This document shows, piece by piece, positions 42,621 to 52,867 of a stretch of 64,000 bases of DNA; the first letter of the stretch is position 1, and each line of letters starts with the position of its first letter. Origin of the DNA: Eledone cirrhosa (Eukaryota). The position numbers and the translations under genes were made by a program. The stretch is taken from positions 308,140,001 through 308,204,000 of the forward strand of contig OZ024742.1 in assembly GCA_964016885.1 (NCBI GenBank). Reading direction: 5' to 3'. Below the pieces are notes generated by a model. That model was given only the letters and a program-made list of their open reading frames with translations, ran no database searches and was not told the DNA's origin.

Positions 42621-42621
<1 letters not shown>
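38900..42621 (-). mobile_element. Tx1 LINE family A, truncated just upstream of ORF2
   Basis: Intact ORF2 plus 3' UTR ending aataaaagaaa(tcta)n; only about 20 nt of inter-ORF spacer precede the ATG. Confidence 0.95.
39163..42600 (-). CDS. Tx1-clade ORF2: APE endonuclease + reverse transcriptase + C-terminal Cys/His zinc motif, 1145 aa, intact
   Basis: CLNARGL, GDWN, YLDRF, YSDH (APE); KSPGLDGL, NFRPITLLN, LDQSKAFDRV, RQGCPLS, YADD (RT); GPGYWKLN linker typical of Tx1/L1; CPRC...H...C. The likely start is MAMLRVG at 42600; the track's extension is microsatellite. Confidence 0.95.
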   Translation of the reverse strand: MAMLRVGCLNARGLGSTWKQAMLLNDLRSQRIDVMVICEARISNVRQLAPTFHDFEMHASLCQPGGGGGVVVLLQKHLGLATQMVHLDPEGRLVVLDLGSGKGGAFRLVAAYGPFGSMRPDFFHRLETFLGTSRSLLLVGDWNGILDARWDYVGACPDREGCNSLKGLIGRFDLADRYRLDFPTATTWTWANRSGSSRSYLDRFLVRIKDKDFLSCPKMRMVGYSDHKLVTCMVNLDRTHRQGPGYWKLNLSLPASRAYRNRISTLVKERLTGAIVNSRWWVSLKREIRVVSIEFSKVLAADRNRKERELIDRVEEAIRSGDVARVLASRTALSQFFDAKHEGCVVRSKIRALGNEGTKAVSWARVTEANSGTKSTIRSLRDLDGRAILEPKQMCEAFQRHFARLFGRGGEPVGNVDFGPHLDGLPRLSDREAKSCEEPISAAEIEDVLSQCGKRKSPGLDGLPYELYLAMPDLFPDLLEAVYCNWQQNGRIPCTVTKGVVTLVRKDENKGDEISNFRPITLLNTELQILAKVLAKRLALVVGNLVGDAQTCAIPSRSIHDNLHLMRYIIERVGNEPGFGGALINLDQSKAFDRVDHGYLDAVLAAAGFGPVFRGWITAMHSSRICSRVKVNGYLSEPFQIARSIRQGCPLSSLLYVLTLEPLLRKLELLQGIPLEPGLRKAVSAYADDVTVMVSTASEIEAVGTLLEEYERFTGAKLNRDKSIGLQLGTWRGRPMPSDSVVGRWTEGPVKLLGVWFGPDLQVEKNWAEVTNRVFALTQKWASCKLSLKGRAEVANTYIASVIYYRLTVVPCPRETLTKMERALFQFLWKRRAPMVRRSICCQHPSKGGLGMPWLMMRKHALRLRHLYVFLTGQPVWASFVRRTFPRLVSLTELQSWVKQRPRKLGAWHTECAQALTALWQADPVISGDSTATFYRGLVRSRCDDALGEALDMEEDELASLFGRTFSPGPMDNFQKSLAWQCYRGALPVRERLYRHGRPGRDPAKKICPRCVCDEETVAHALVHCSGVADLWGYVEQLLSRVGPIRLTTESIVMIKPPPPFKDEAEAVFLCVIAMAKEVVWWTRLKGLRSGTFLSGQQLVRFFRYHFGRRIRMEREVLHPSRFYERWVKVARMARVNGPSLYIRL

Positions 42622-42670
<49 letters not shown>

Positions 42671-42920
42671 CATTTCTTTATTAGCCACAAGGGCACAAAA
42701 GAAAGGGACAAATACAAATGGGGAGTTTACATACAGGTATATGAAAATAAAACTATTAATAAAATAACAAATAACAATTGATATCCCCAATAGGGGGGAG
42801 ATGTTACACAGGGGTTGTACACACCCCGAAAAATGTACAACCCTCATCTCCAGGAGCACCAAGAGTGAGTACTCCCTTCCTCTCTTCCTCATTTTCCTCA
42901 ACCTACAGGCTTATATAGAG
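42671..42920 (-). mobile_element. Tx1 LINE family D, 3' UTR-only fragment
   Basis: Last codons (YISL*) plus a 3' UTR homologous to the other families; between GATA-like tracts. Confidence 0.85.
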
Positions 42921-43168
42921 AGAAGAGAGATAGATAAATTTCTATTTATTTGCCACGAGGGCACAAAAGAAGGGGACATTTACACAGTGGGGGAGTTTAC
43001 ATAAATCGAGTAAAGAAAAAAGGAATAACAATAATAATATAACAATAAAAAGTCCTCAAAAGGGAGGGGGTGTGTTGGGGATTGCACATACCCCCGAAAA
43101 GTGTGCAACTCTTTTCGCGGGGGAAGCCCAGAGAGGAGGCGCTCCCCCTTTCCTCTTCACTTCTTCAC

Positions 43169-46100
43169 CTACAGAACAATGTAGAGAGAAGGCCCATTTA
43201 CACGGGCCATTCTCGCTTCTTTCACCCACCTTTCATAAAACTGTCTGGGACCAAGCACTTCTCTCTCCATCCTGATCCTTCTTCCGAAGTGGTATCGGAA
43301 GAAGTAAACCAGGTGATGGCCGGAGAGAAAGTCACCCGACCTCAGACCTTTCAGGCGCGTCCACCACACAACCTCTTTCATCATGGCTATTACGCACAGA
43401 AAGACCGCCTCTGCTTCATTTCTGAAGGGAGGAGGCGGCTTGATGTTCACTACAGACTCGGCGGTTAATCGAATCGGCGACACACGCGACAGCAGTCGTT
43501 CGACGTAGCCCCACAGATCGGCAACGCCCGGGCAGTGTACCAGTGCATGCGCAACGGTTTCCTCGTCGCGCACGCATCTGGGACAGATCTTTTTCGCGGG
43601 ATCCCTGCCCGGGCGCCCGTGTCTGTAGAGCTTTTCTCGAACGGGCATAGCCCCCCGGTAACACTGCCAGGCTAGGGACCTCTGGAAGTTGTCCATGGGT
43701 CCCGGGCCGAAAGTTCTACCGAACAGGCTGGCCAGTTCGTCCTCCTCCATGCCTAGCGACTCTCCAAGGGTGTCGTCGCCCCTGCTAGCCACCAACCCTC
43801 TATAGAATGTCGAGGTGGATTCTCAACTGACAGTCGGGTCCGCTTGCCAGATAGCCGTGAGCGCCTGGGCACACTCGGTGTGCCAGTTGCCCAGTTTTCT
43901 CGGTCTTTGCTTCACCCAGGATTGCAGTTCGGTGAGCGAGACGAGCTGTGGCAAGGCTCGCCTCACAAACGGGGCCCACACCGGCTGACCGTTGAGGAAT
44001 ACCTGTAGATGCCGTAGCCTCAATGCGTGCCTACGCATCAACAGCCACGGCATACCCAGCCCTCCTTTCGAAGGGTGCTGGCAGCAGATGGATCTCCTCA
44101 CCATGGGAGGCCGCTTCTTCCAGAGGAACTGGAAGAGCATGCGTTCCATGATGGTGAGCTTTTCCTTGGGGCAAGGCACGACGGTCAGGCGGTAGTAGAT
44201 GACGGACGCTATGTAAGCGTTCGTCACCTCCGCCCGACCTTTCAGTGATAGTTTGCACTTGGCCCACTTCTGGGTCAGCGCAAACACCCTGCTCGTCACC
44301 TCGCCCCAATTCTTCTCCACCTGGAGGTCCGGTCCGAACCAGACCCCGAGCAGATTCACCGGGCCCTCCGTCCACCGCCGGACGACACCGTCTAACGGCA
44401 TCGGTTTGCCCCTCCACGTTCCGAGTTGCAAACCGACTGACTTGTCCTGGTTCAGCTTAGCCCCCGTCAGCCTTTCGTATTCCTCCAGTAGGGTGGCGAT
44501 CGCCCCGATTTCCGAGGCGTCCGCCACCATTACTGTTACGTCGTCGGCATAGGCTGAGACCGCTTTGTGCAATCCCGGTTCCAGGGGTATGCCCCGCAGC
44601 AACTCCAACTTCCGCAGCAGTGGCTCGAGAGTCAATACGTACAGAAGGGAGGAGAGGAGGCACCCCTGTCTGATGGATAGGGTGATTTGAAACGGCTCCG
44701 AGAGGTAGCCGTTTACTTTAATCCTAGAGTAGATGTTGCCACTGTGCATGGCAGAAATCCAGCCCCTAAAAACGGGTCCGAAGCCCGCCGCCGCTAGCAT
44801 CGCATCCAGGTAACCATGGTCGACCCTATCGAACGCCTTAGATTGATCCAAGTTGATCAGGGCCCCACCAAAGCCGGGTTCGTAGCCAACCTTCTCTATG
44901 ATGTATCGCATGAGGTGGAGGTTGTCGTGAATGGACCTGGACGGGATAGCGCATGTCTGCGCGTCTCCCACCAAACCACCCACCACAAGCGCCAACCTCT
45001 TCGCCAACACCTTGGCCAAAATCTGTAACTCTGCATTCAGCAGAGTTATGGGCCTAAAGTTACTTAAGTCGTCCCCCTTGCTCTCGTCCTTCCTCACTAG
45101 CGTGACCACGCCCTTGGTCACAGAAAAGAGAATTCTCCCGTTCTGTTGCCAGTTGCAATAGACAGCTTCGAGGAGTTCGGAGAACAAGACCGGCATAGCT
45201 AAATAAAGTTCGTATGGTAGACCATCGAGACCCGGGGATTTGCGTCTGCTGCATTGGCTGAGCGCTTCCCCGATTTCAGTGGCTGTGATTGGCCTTTCGC
45301 AGCACTCCGCTTCGCCGCTCGAAAGACGCGGTAGACCGTCGAGGTATGGACCGAAGTCCACATCCCCGTCCGGCCCCCCCCGCCACCTCCGAACAGTCGA
45401 GCAAAGTGCCTTTGAAAGGCCTCGCATATTCGCTCAGGTTCAAGGATCACCCGTCCATCCTGGTCTCGCAAAGACCGAATGGTGGATTTAATCCCACTCT
45501 TGGCTTCTGTCACGCGGGCCCAGCTAACAGCTTTGGTCCCCTCGTTTCCTAAAGCACGTATTTTACTTCGGACAACGCAGCCTTCGTGCTTCGCGTCAAA
45601 GAACTGGCTCAACGCAGTTCTCGCCGCTAACACTCTGGCTACGTCTCCGCTCCTAATCGCCTCTTCTAGTTTATCTGTTAACTCCCTTTCCTTCCTATTT
45701 CTATTCGCCGCTAGTTCCTTACTGTAACCTATCGAACTTACTCTAATCTCTCTCTTTAGAGATACCCACCACCTACTGTTGACGATCGCTCCCGTCAACC
45801 GCATCTTAACTAAGCTACTAATCCGGTTCCTGTAATCTTTCTTTGCCGGCAAGGACAAGTTCATCTTCCAGTAACCGGGACCCTGTCTATGCGTTCTATC
45901 AAGGTTGACCACGCAGGTCACTAATTTGTGATCTGAATAGCCAACCATGATCAATTCTGGACAACTAAATACGTCCCTGTCCTTACTCCTAACCAAAAAC
46001 CTATCTAGGTACGATCTAGATTGTCCACTGTGGTTTGCCCAGGTCCAGGTTGGCGCAGTTGGACAATCTAGTCGAAATCTATCGACCAGGTCGAATCGAT

Positions 46101-46617
46101 CGAGTAACCCCTTGAGGCTGCTACACCCCCCTCTATCGGGACATACCCCTGCATAGTCCCAACGCGCATCTAGGATTCCATTCCAGTCCCCCACTACAAG
46201 CAGGGAACGCGACGTTCCTAGAAAAGTCTCCAGACGCTGGAAGAAGTCGGCTCTTTCCGCCCCGAAGGGGGCATAAAGACGGACCAGTCTGAAAGCCCCG
46301 CTTTCACCGCCCCCGACGTCCAGCACCAGTAATCGACCCCCCGGGTCCGAGTGAACAATCTGTACGTCGAGAGCCAGACGTTTATCCAGCAGTACGGCAA
46401 CTCCCCCCCCCCCCCCCCCGCCTCCGGGTTGACAGAGAGATGCGTGCATCTCAAAGTCATCGAAGGCGAGCGCCAGCTGTCTCACGCTGCTGATCCGACT
46501 CTCGCAAACAACCATCACATCTATACTTTGTGACCTGAGGTCATTTAGCAGCTTTGCTTGCTTCCAAGCTGAGCCCAGGCCACGCGCGTTCAAACAGCCA
46601 ACTCTCAATTGATCTAT
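43169..46617 (-). pseudogene. Tx1 family B ORF2 (APE-RT), disrupted
   Basis: Three track ORFs are collinear with 39163-42600. Frameshift in a G-run near 45375, in-frame TGA at 43823-43825 (GGA in family A), and ATA at the position of the family A start ATG. Confidence 0.9.
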
Positions 46618-46648
46618 TTTGGTGTTGAAAGTGAAGAAAGAAAAGCAC

Positions 46649-48455
46649 CTACTTCTCCGGGTTGTGTAATTTCCATGGCATCAGGTGTGTTGGGTGGAGG
46701 GATGTTTTGTGGTGGTGTGGGGTACCCGTGTGTGGTGGGGTTGGGGTATTTGGAGTTGTGTCAGGGAGAGGGGCGGTTATGGGGAAATCTTTCAAGAGGA
46801 CGCGATTTAACGGTTTTAAACAGGGGGGGCTCACGTCCCGTCTAAATTGTTCTTTTAAGGAACGATAAAGGTCCAGAGGGACCTTTATCATTTTTAAATG
46901 GGTGAAGTTCTCTGTTGAGATAAAGTTTGGCCCTTCGGTCTGCACCATAGGGTTATTGTTTATTAATTTAACCAGTTTTTTGTTTTCTTTATTTATATAT
47001 GTGTATTGCAACGTCTTTTTTTGTGATGCTGTCAATGTTTCGGAGAGGGGAGGCGCAGATTTATTTTTGTTTGTTGAGGGTGGGGTGTTTTTGATTGGAG
47101 TTGGTGTTTGTGTGTGGGTTATTTGTGGTGTGCTGGGTGTGTGTTTTCTTTTTTTTCTTTTAACTTGTCTGAAGGCTTCTCCTCCTTCTTCTTCAGAAGT
47201 TGGGGGAAACTCTTCAGCGCTAGGTGGGAGGGACGTGTTGTGTGGTTGTTTTTTTTTTGCGGGAGGGGTAGATTTGTTACTGTTTTTTTTTATTATTTGT
47301 TTGGAATGGGTTTTGTGGTGGTGGTGGTAATGTTTGTGTCGTGCTTGTGGTTGGTGATGGTGGTGGTGATGTTTGTGTTGTGGTTGGTGGTGGTGATTTT
47401 TGTGTCGTGCTTGTGTTTGGTGCTGGTGGTGGTGATGTTTGTGTTGTGTTTGTGGTTGGTGGTGTCTGTATTTTGTTTGCTGTGTGTGGTATTAGTGTAT
47501 TTTTGGAGGTGGGTGGTGTTGGTGTACTGTTTGTGGTGGGTGTGGGCAATAGTCTTTTTGGGGGCATACGTTTCGGGCAGTTAGCCTTAACGTGTCCCCT
47601 TTCCATGCATAAATAGCATGCTGGTCTTCTCCCCTCTACAATTATGTCTATTGGGGTAAGGTCATCCAGCCAGATGCGATCCGGGATTTGTGCTATTCTT
47701 TTGGGGCTCATTTGGACTAGTATGTCGAGGCTCATTCCCAGGAACGCATCTCCAGTTGCCTTCCCCATTGACAGCATTGTATCTTCGCCCATGTCTATGA
47801 AGCCAGCAATAGCCCACCAGAAGTCCATTGTGGGAAGCATTGTTTTTACTTTTACTCTCTGTGTTCTTCTACCCATGTAGGAGGGATAGAAGCTGTATGT
47901 TGTCGATGAGAGTGGGCTTAGGGAAAGCTTCTCCGCCGTTTCCTTGTCTTTTGTTAGGACCGAAATGCTGCCATAGAGTCGGTCCTTTCGTATGAAGAGA
48001 ATATTCTTCATATAGTCTTTTAGGACCAACTCTATTTCCATTTGGCTGGGCTGTGCTGGCTTTCTTGTCTGGTCCAGTATAGTTCTGAAGAGAACTGTGC
48101 TCTCTGTTCTGGCTTTCTTTAATTCTGGGGGGGGGGAGGGGGAGTTAATGGAAAACATTCCGTTCTCCCCCAAGACTATTTGTTTTTTCGCTTCGGCCAG
48201 TTTTTCTCTGGCGGCAGTTAAGTCAATTGGTGTGTATATAATGGATTGTTTTGTTTTCTGGGCGAAATTTGCCCTGTTGTTATTTGTATTATTTTCTGTT
48301 TGTTTGTTTTCCGTTTGCTCATTTTCCTTAACATTTGTTTTTTCATTTTCCTTGTTTGTTTCGTTGTCTAATTTTGTTGTAATTATGTTTTGTTCTTCAG
48401 ACTTGGGGGGCGTGGCAGAGCTAATGGCAGACATGTCTGCCATCTTTTCCGCCAT
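46649..48455 (-). pseudogene. Tx1 family B ORF1 (gag-like, CCHC knuckle, Thr/Pro-rich repeats), frameshifted in homopolymers
   Basis: CYLCMERGHVKANC = C-x2-C-x4-H-x4-C. Frame breaks in A-runs near 47250-47292. Continues as ORF 46649-47035, ending 31 nt before ORF2. Confidence 0.8.
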
Positions 48456-49881
48456 GCTGCCAAGAAAGAAATTTTTCGGCAAAAAAATAGATATTTATTT
48501 TACCCCCTAAAAAGGGGGTAAATGCAAAAATGTTTCCCTAAATAACAGGGGTTAGTGTTCCAAATGTGTTGCACTGAAAAATTTATCCGGTACTTACTAT
48601 AGTAAGGGTAAATCCTGATGGAATAGCGGAGCCGATGTGAAGCGTGTCTTACTCTATCAAGATAGATAGATAGATAGATAGATAGTTTTATTAGGGCTTT
48701 AAATCGTTCTCAACGGAAAGAAACAATTACTGTCAGTACAGTACTCTATTAATTACAACTAATCACCTTTTTTTATATCAGAGGAATTCATATTTGAGAG
48801 AATAGATAGGAGGAGCTATTGTGATATTCACCTTTTTTCAAACGCTAGCGGTATTCAATTGAAGTAAAATAAAATTAAACAGTCAATCACAGTTTCAATT
48901 AGCTAGAAATTCTACTAGCTTCGTTGTTCATATTGTTCTGGTCATCAAGTCTTTTATTACTTTAAAAATACGACAATAATGTAAATTAATTGTTTATTTA
49001 CTACATAATTATGTTTAAAAATTTCCGAGATTTTAGGAGAAACATATATATCGTCAATCATGCATCGGAATTGTGGTATAGATCAATTCTCAACAGAAAC
49101 AAAATTGAATCTGTGAGGTGTTGAGTATTTCTTGTTTATTAGACAGCATAGTGTTATACCTCTTTACATTGGGACTAAATCGACCACTACCAGAAATAAG
49201 TCTGTGAAATTGAATGACTCTTCCAGCGTATCTCCCTCGCTATATTACTTGGTAATGCTTCCTCATTTCTGTCTGCCGGGATGGTGTGGCGGGTTACGCC
49301 TGGGGTTCTGAACGTCAGTGAAACAGGGCATGTTACTGTTGACCACATACACACTTACATATATTAATAAATGCATTTATTATTTATAGATAAATCCTAA
49401 ACCTTAGAACATGCTGAATGGAAATAATGGTGTTTTTGTATAATTCATAGGAAACATTGCTCTTTACATTTTAGTGAGCAACAATAGGATTGAAATTCTC
49501 TCAATGCTAAATATTTTGGCTTTAAAGGCTTTAACCGTTAAACTACTTATAGATTGTATAATCATATAGAGCAGGGATGCCATGATCGTGCATAAAATCC
49601 TATTCACATTCAAATTTGGAAATACACGCTGGTGAAGTTTCCATACCCTGTGTGAAAAAATAAAATATTGGACAAATTCATAGAGCCAAACGGTAGTTTA
49701 ATATAAATGAATTGATAACGTTCTTGATTGATTATTTTTCTCGGCACAAATGAGTCCCAACACCCATATTCCTATATACTCGCAAATCCCCATCAGCATA
49801 AAATGTTTCCCCATTTCTGATGAAATGGTTTAGCAGTTGTGAATAAAATAAAATTAAACTCAGAATGTATCAATCGAAATA

Positions 49882-50629
49882 TTAGGTTTTTCTGAAAATA
49901 ATGACCGATTTCAGAAACATAATCTTATTCTGGAAAAATTAACAACAGAAATGTTTTGATTAGTCAAAGTATGAGCCGCGAACATCCATGCATCTCTGCC
50001 TATTGACTATTCAGTCAAGAAAAGGATCGTTGCTGTTTCGCAGAAAGAGCATCGAGCACACTTCAAAACGCCGAACCTTTTGATTTTCATTGAGCTCATG
50101 CGGTACTCATTTATCGAGCTTTTTCACCTTACCAATCTTCTGCAGATGGCGTGAGACCGTTGCAATACCAACACCAAGTGCCTGAGACATTTCTCTGACA
50201 CTTTGACGTGGGTTTTATTCAACAATTGCTTTCAATTGTTCATTGTCAAGACTGCATGACCGTCCTCTACCTTCATCTTCAAGGCTCTCATCACCACTAC
50301 GGAATTTCTGAAACCACCTTCATATTGCGATCACTTGTGGACACCTCACCCCATGCTCTGTTGATATTGGTAGCTGTTTGGGAGGCATTGTGCCCAAGCT
50401 TAAACTCATGCAAGAAAAGTAAGTGAAGGTCCTTTTTTGTCATGTTCATAATTAAGGGCGCCTATGCATCAAGAATGTTTTATGTCTGAAATAAGTAGAA
50501 ACTTATTAAAGAGCATACATCAATTATTAAGTATGTCGAAATTCACCTAAAATATAATTAAAATACTATGATAAAATTGCGTTTCAAAACACAACACTTA
50601 GAGCGGCCATTATTTTAGGAACAACCTAT
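49882..50629 (-). mobile_element. Internally deleted mariner transposon (Hsmar1-like), 748 bp
   Basis: TIRs ttaggtttttctgaaaataatgaccg / ataggttgttcctaaaataatggccg with TA on both sides. Remnant (50443-49960) MTKKDLHLLFLHEFKLGHNASQTATNINRAWG...WFQKFRSGDESLED...KLDK*VPHEL, then jumps to RCMDVRGSYFD*. The DD34D core is deleted. Confidence 0.88.
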
Positions 50630-52197
50630 TACATAATATATTCTAGATTCCTGAGAAATCTACATACTCTGATCCTGTTTACTGCTTTATTTAGAACTCT
50701 TGTTAAGCGAACTCAGACGTCGGTAGATATTTTAAGTGAAACACTCAATAATGCGACACTAACTTTTGTTGTACTGTATGGATTTGTTAGAATACCGCCA
50801 GGCAGCCTGAACTTTCTAAATATCACAGCCTGCTTGTCCAGTATCCCTTCGATGTGATGATTTATTCGCATTATTCTATTGTGATACTAACAGCAATTTT
50901 ATCAAGATAGGCATTTGAATTCAGAACTTGTTTAGATTACCTAGAATACTGTTTAGCATTCAGTTTAGGTGTTATTCTTACTGTTCAACATTCTTTATTA
51001 TGTAAAAATGGAAACATAGCTTAGGAATAATGATGAAGTTTGTGTCTGTGGCGATATAACCTAATGAAAATATGAACACAGACACGGTAAGAGGAGCAGC
51101 AACAGCAGCAACAACAGCAGCAGTAAAAACATAATTAACAATAGCATCCATCGTAGCAATGTAAACTGAGTTCAGGTAAATAATTACACACTTTGTTAAA
51201 GCAAACCCATTAATATTTTGGCAAATATTTGATTTCGGACTTATAAATTAGCTAGAACAGGTTTTTAACTATAAATAACTACGGTTCCTGAAAAGCATAG
51301 TTAGGTGGGATTAGGGTGAGAAATCTAAAACTAAACATACAGACTGTTTAATTATTAACCATTCAATGCGTTTTGGAATAAATATGTAATATTTTCGTTG
51401 ATTAGCACTTGAATACGTTTCAGCGTGAAGCAACTTAATGTCTCTTTAGAAATCTAGTCTCAGTAAGGTGTGTGAAGTCATTAAGGATAGGGTGTTGCTT
51501 TTATCCATTCAGAAATACAGCAGGTATACTAGTATGTGTATGTGAGAGGAAACTTCCGTGCGTGCATACACACACGTAAACACATACACGTTCACCGAGG
51601 AACTTTGGAATACATGCTTTACATGTATCCCCTCTCATTTGGTAAACATACATAGATACAAATAGCCATACAAGCTTATACACAGACACATTACCACACA
51701 TAAGCAAACTTACACATATTCTCATACATAAACACGCAAACACACGCACAATCGCATGTACACACACGCACATATACATATAAAAACACAAACATATGTA
51801 TACACACATACAGGAAAGATAACATCAATGACACGCACTCCCATGAAATGCACTCCATCTGCAATACACATTACAGTACCAATATTAAACCTGGACTCAC
51901 CGCCTCGGATCCCACCGTTACATGCCCAACTGCCTGCCGATCTTACCCATTCTGATAAAACCTTTTTTCTTCCCAACCCTTCCAAATTCCTTCTCTAAAC
52001 ATTTCTCTTTCACAATGAAGGACCAACGCACATTATGTTGAAATAATCATTTACCTTTTCCACCAAGCATGAAACTAGTAAGGCTAGTTATTGAATCTCT
52101 GTATTCGCCGTGTTTATCTTGACTCATACATACATACATACATACATACATACATACATACATACATACATACATACATACATACATACATACATAC

Positions 52198-52798
52198 ATG
52201 GTGGCTGCCAACTCGTTTTCGAGTACGGCCACTACTTTATATCCATGTAGGAGAACCCCTACCGATGCGCTGAACGAGTGTGAATTTTTAGTCCAGCCAG
52301 CGACTTGAAAACTCTGGTACAAACACTACACTTGTGACAATTATTGACACAGTGCTGGGCCCATGGTACCATGTGACGGCAAGTGCAGAGAGATCTCCAA
52401 ATATAAAGCAATACCTGTGCCGTTAAGCTTCTATAGTGAGCAAAGGCACTGCACAAAGCCAGTCCCACTCTCTTAACCAAGATGATATTTACCAAAAAGA
52501 AGAACAAGTCAACATCATTGGATTCCATCAGGGTTGCAGGTGTTATATCAGAGTTTTCCTTCTCCTAGAATTCTGCCTTGACAAAGGCTAAGGGGTCATC
52601 TCTCCCAGTGATTTTGGATGGCCATTGACTCTTAAGAGCTCCTTTGCCAGGTTTTGATTTTAGTCCTGCAGGATGTCCAAAGTCACCCGCCTCACCAAGA
52701 AACCTTGGTGGGGTTGCCAGTTTAGTCGCCAACGACCCGACCATGAGGCAGGTTGTACTGGGATACATGTTACCAGTAGCACCAACTGGTGACATGAC
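52198..52798 (-). mobile_element. Non-autonomous, internally deleted RTE derivative (5' UTR + 3' end), in (CATA)n
   Basis: 5' part has ctaggagaaggaaaactctga, recalled as an RTE 5' UTR motif. 3' part encodes [22 protein letters not shown] and ends ggccgtactcgaaaacgag..ggcagccaccatgtatg, like the neighbouring RTEs. Confidence 0.7.
52717..52798 (-). ncRNA. Candidate HDV-like ribozyme at RTE 5' end
   Basis: P1 gtcatg/catggt with G1-U wobble, P2 ccagt/actgg, GG before P4 tcgt/gcga, J4/2 CTAA. P3/L3 is imperfect. Confidence 0.4.
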
Positions 52799-52867
52799 AT
52801 ACATACATACATACATACATACATACATACATACATACATACATACATACATACATACATACATACA

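Larger units (their letters stand above)
42938..48654 (-). mobile_element. Full-length Tx1 LINE, family B (5' UTR, ORF1, ORF2, 3' UTR; about 5.7 kb)
   Basis: Two-ORF organisation; 5' end abuts (GATA)n at 48661; 3' end aataaatagaaa. Confidence 0.93.

Noticed and set aside
39480-48510. Plus-strand ORFs overlapping the Tx1 elements
   Set aside because: Antisense shadows of GC-rich coding sequence.
51901-51951. 51-nt minus-strand micro-exon candidate with GTGAGT donor
   Set aside because: Weak polypyrimidine tract, no partner exons or homology.
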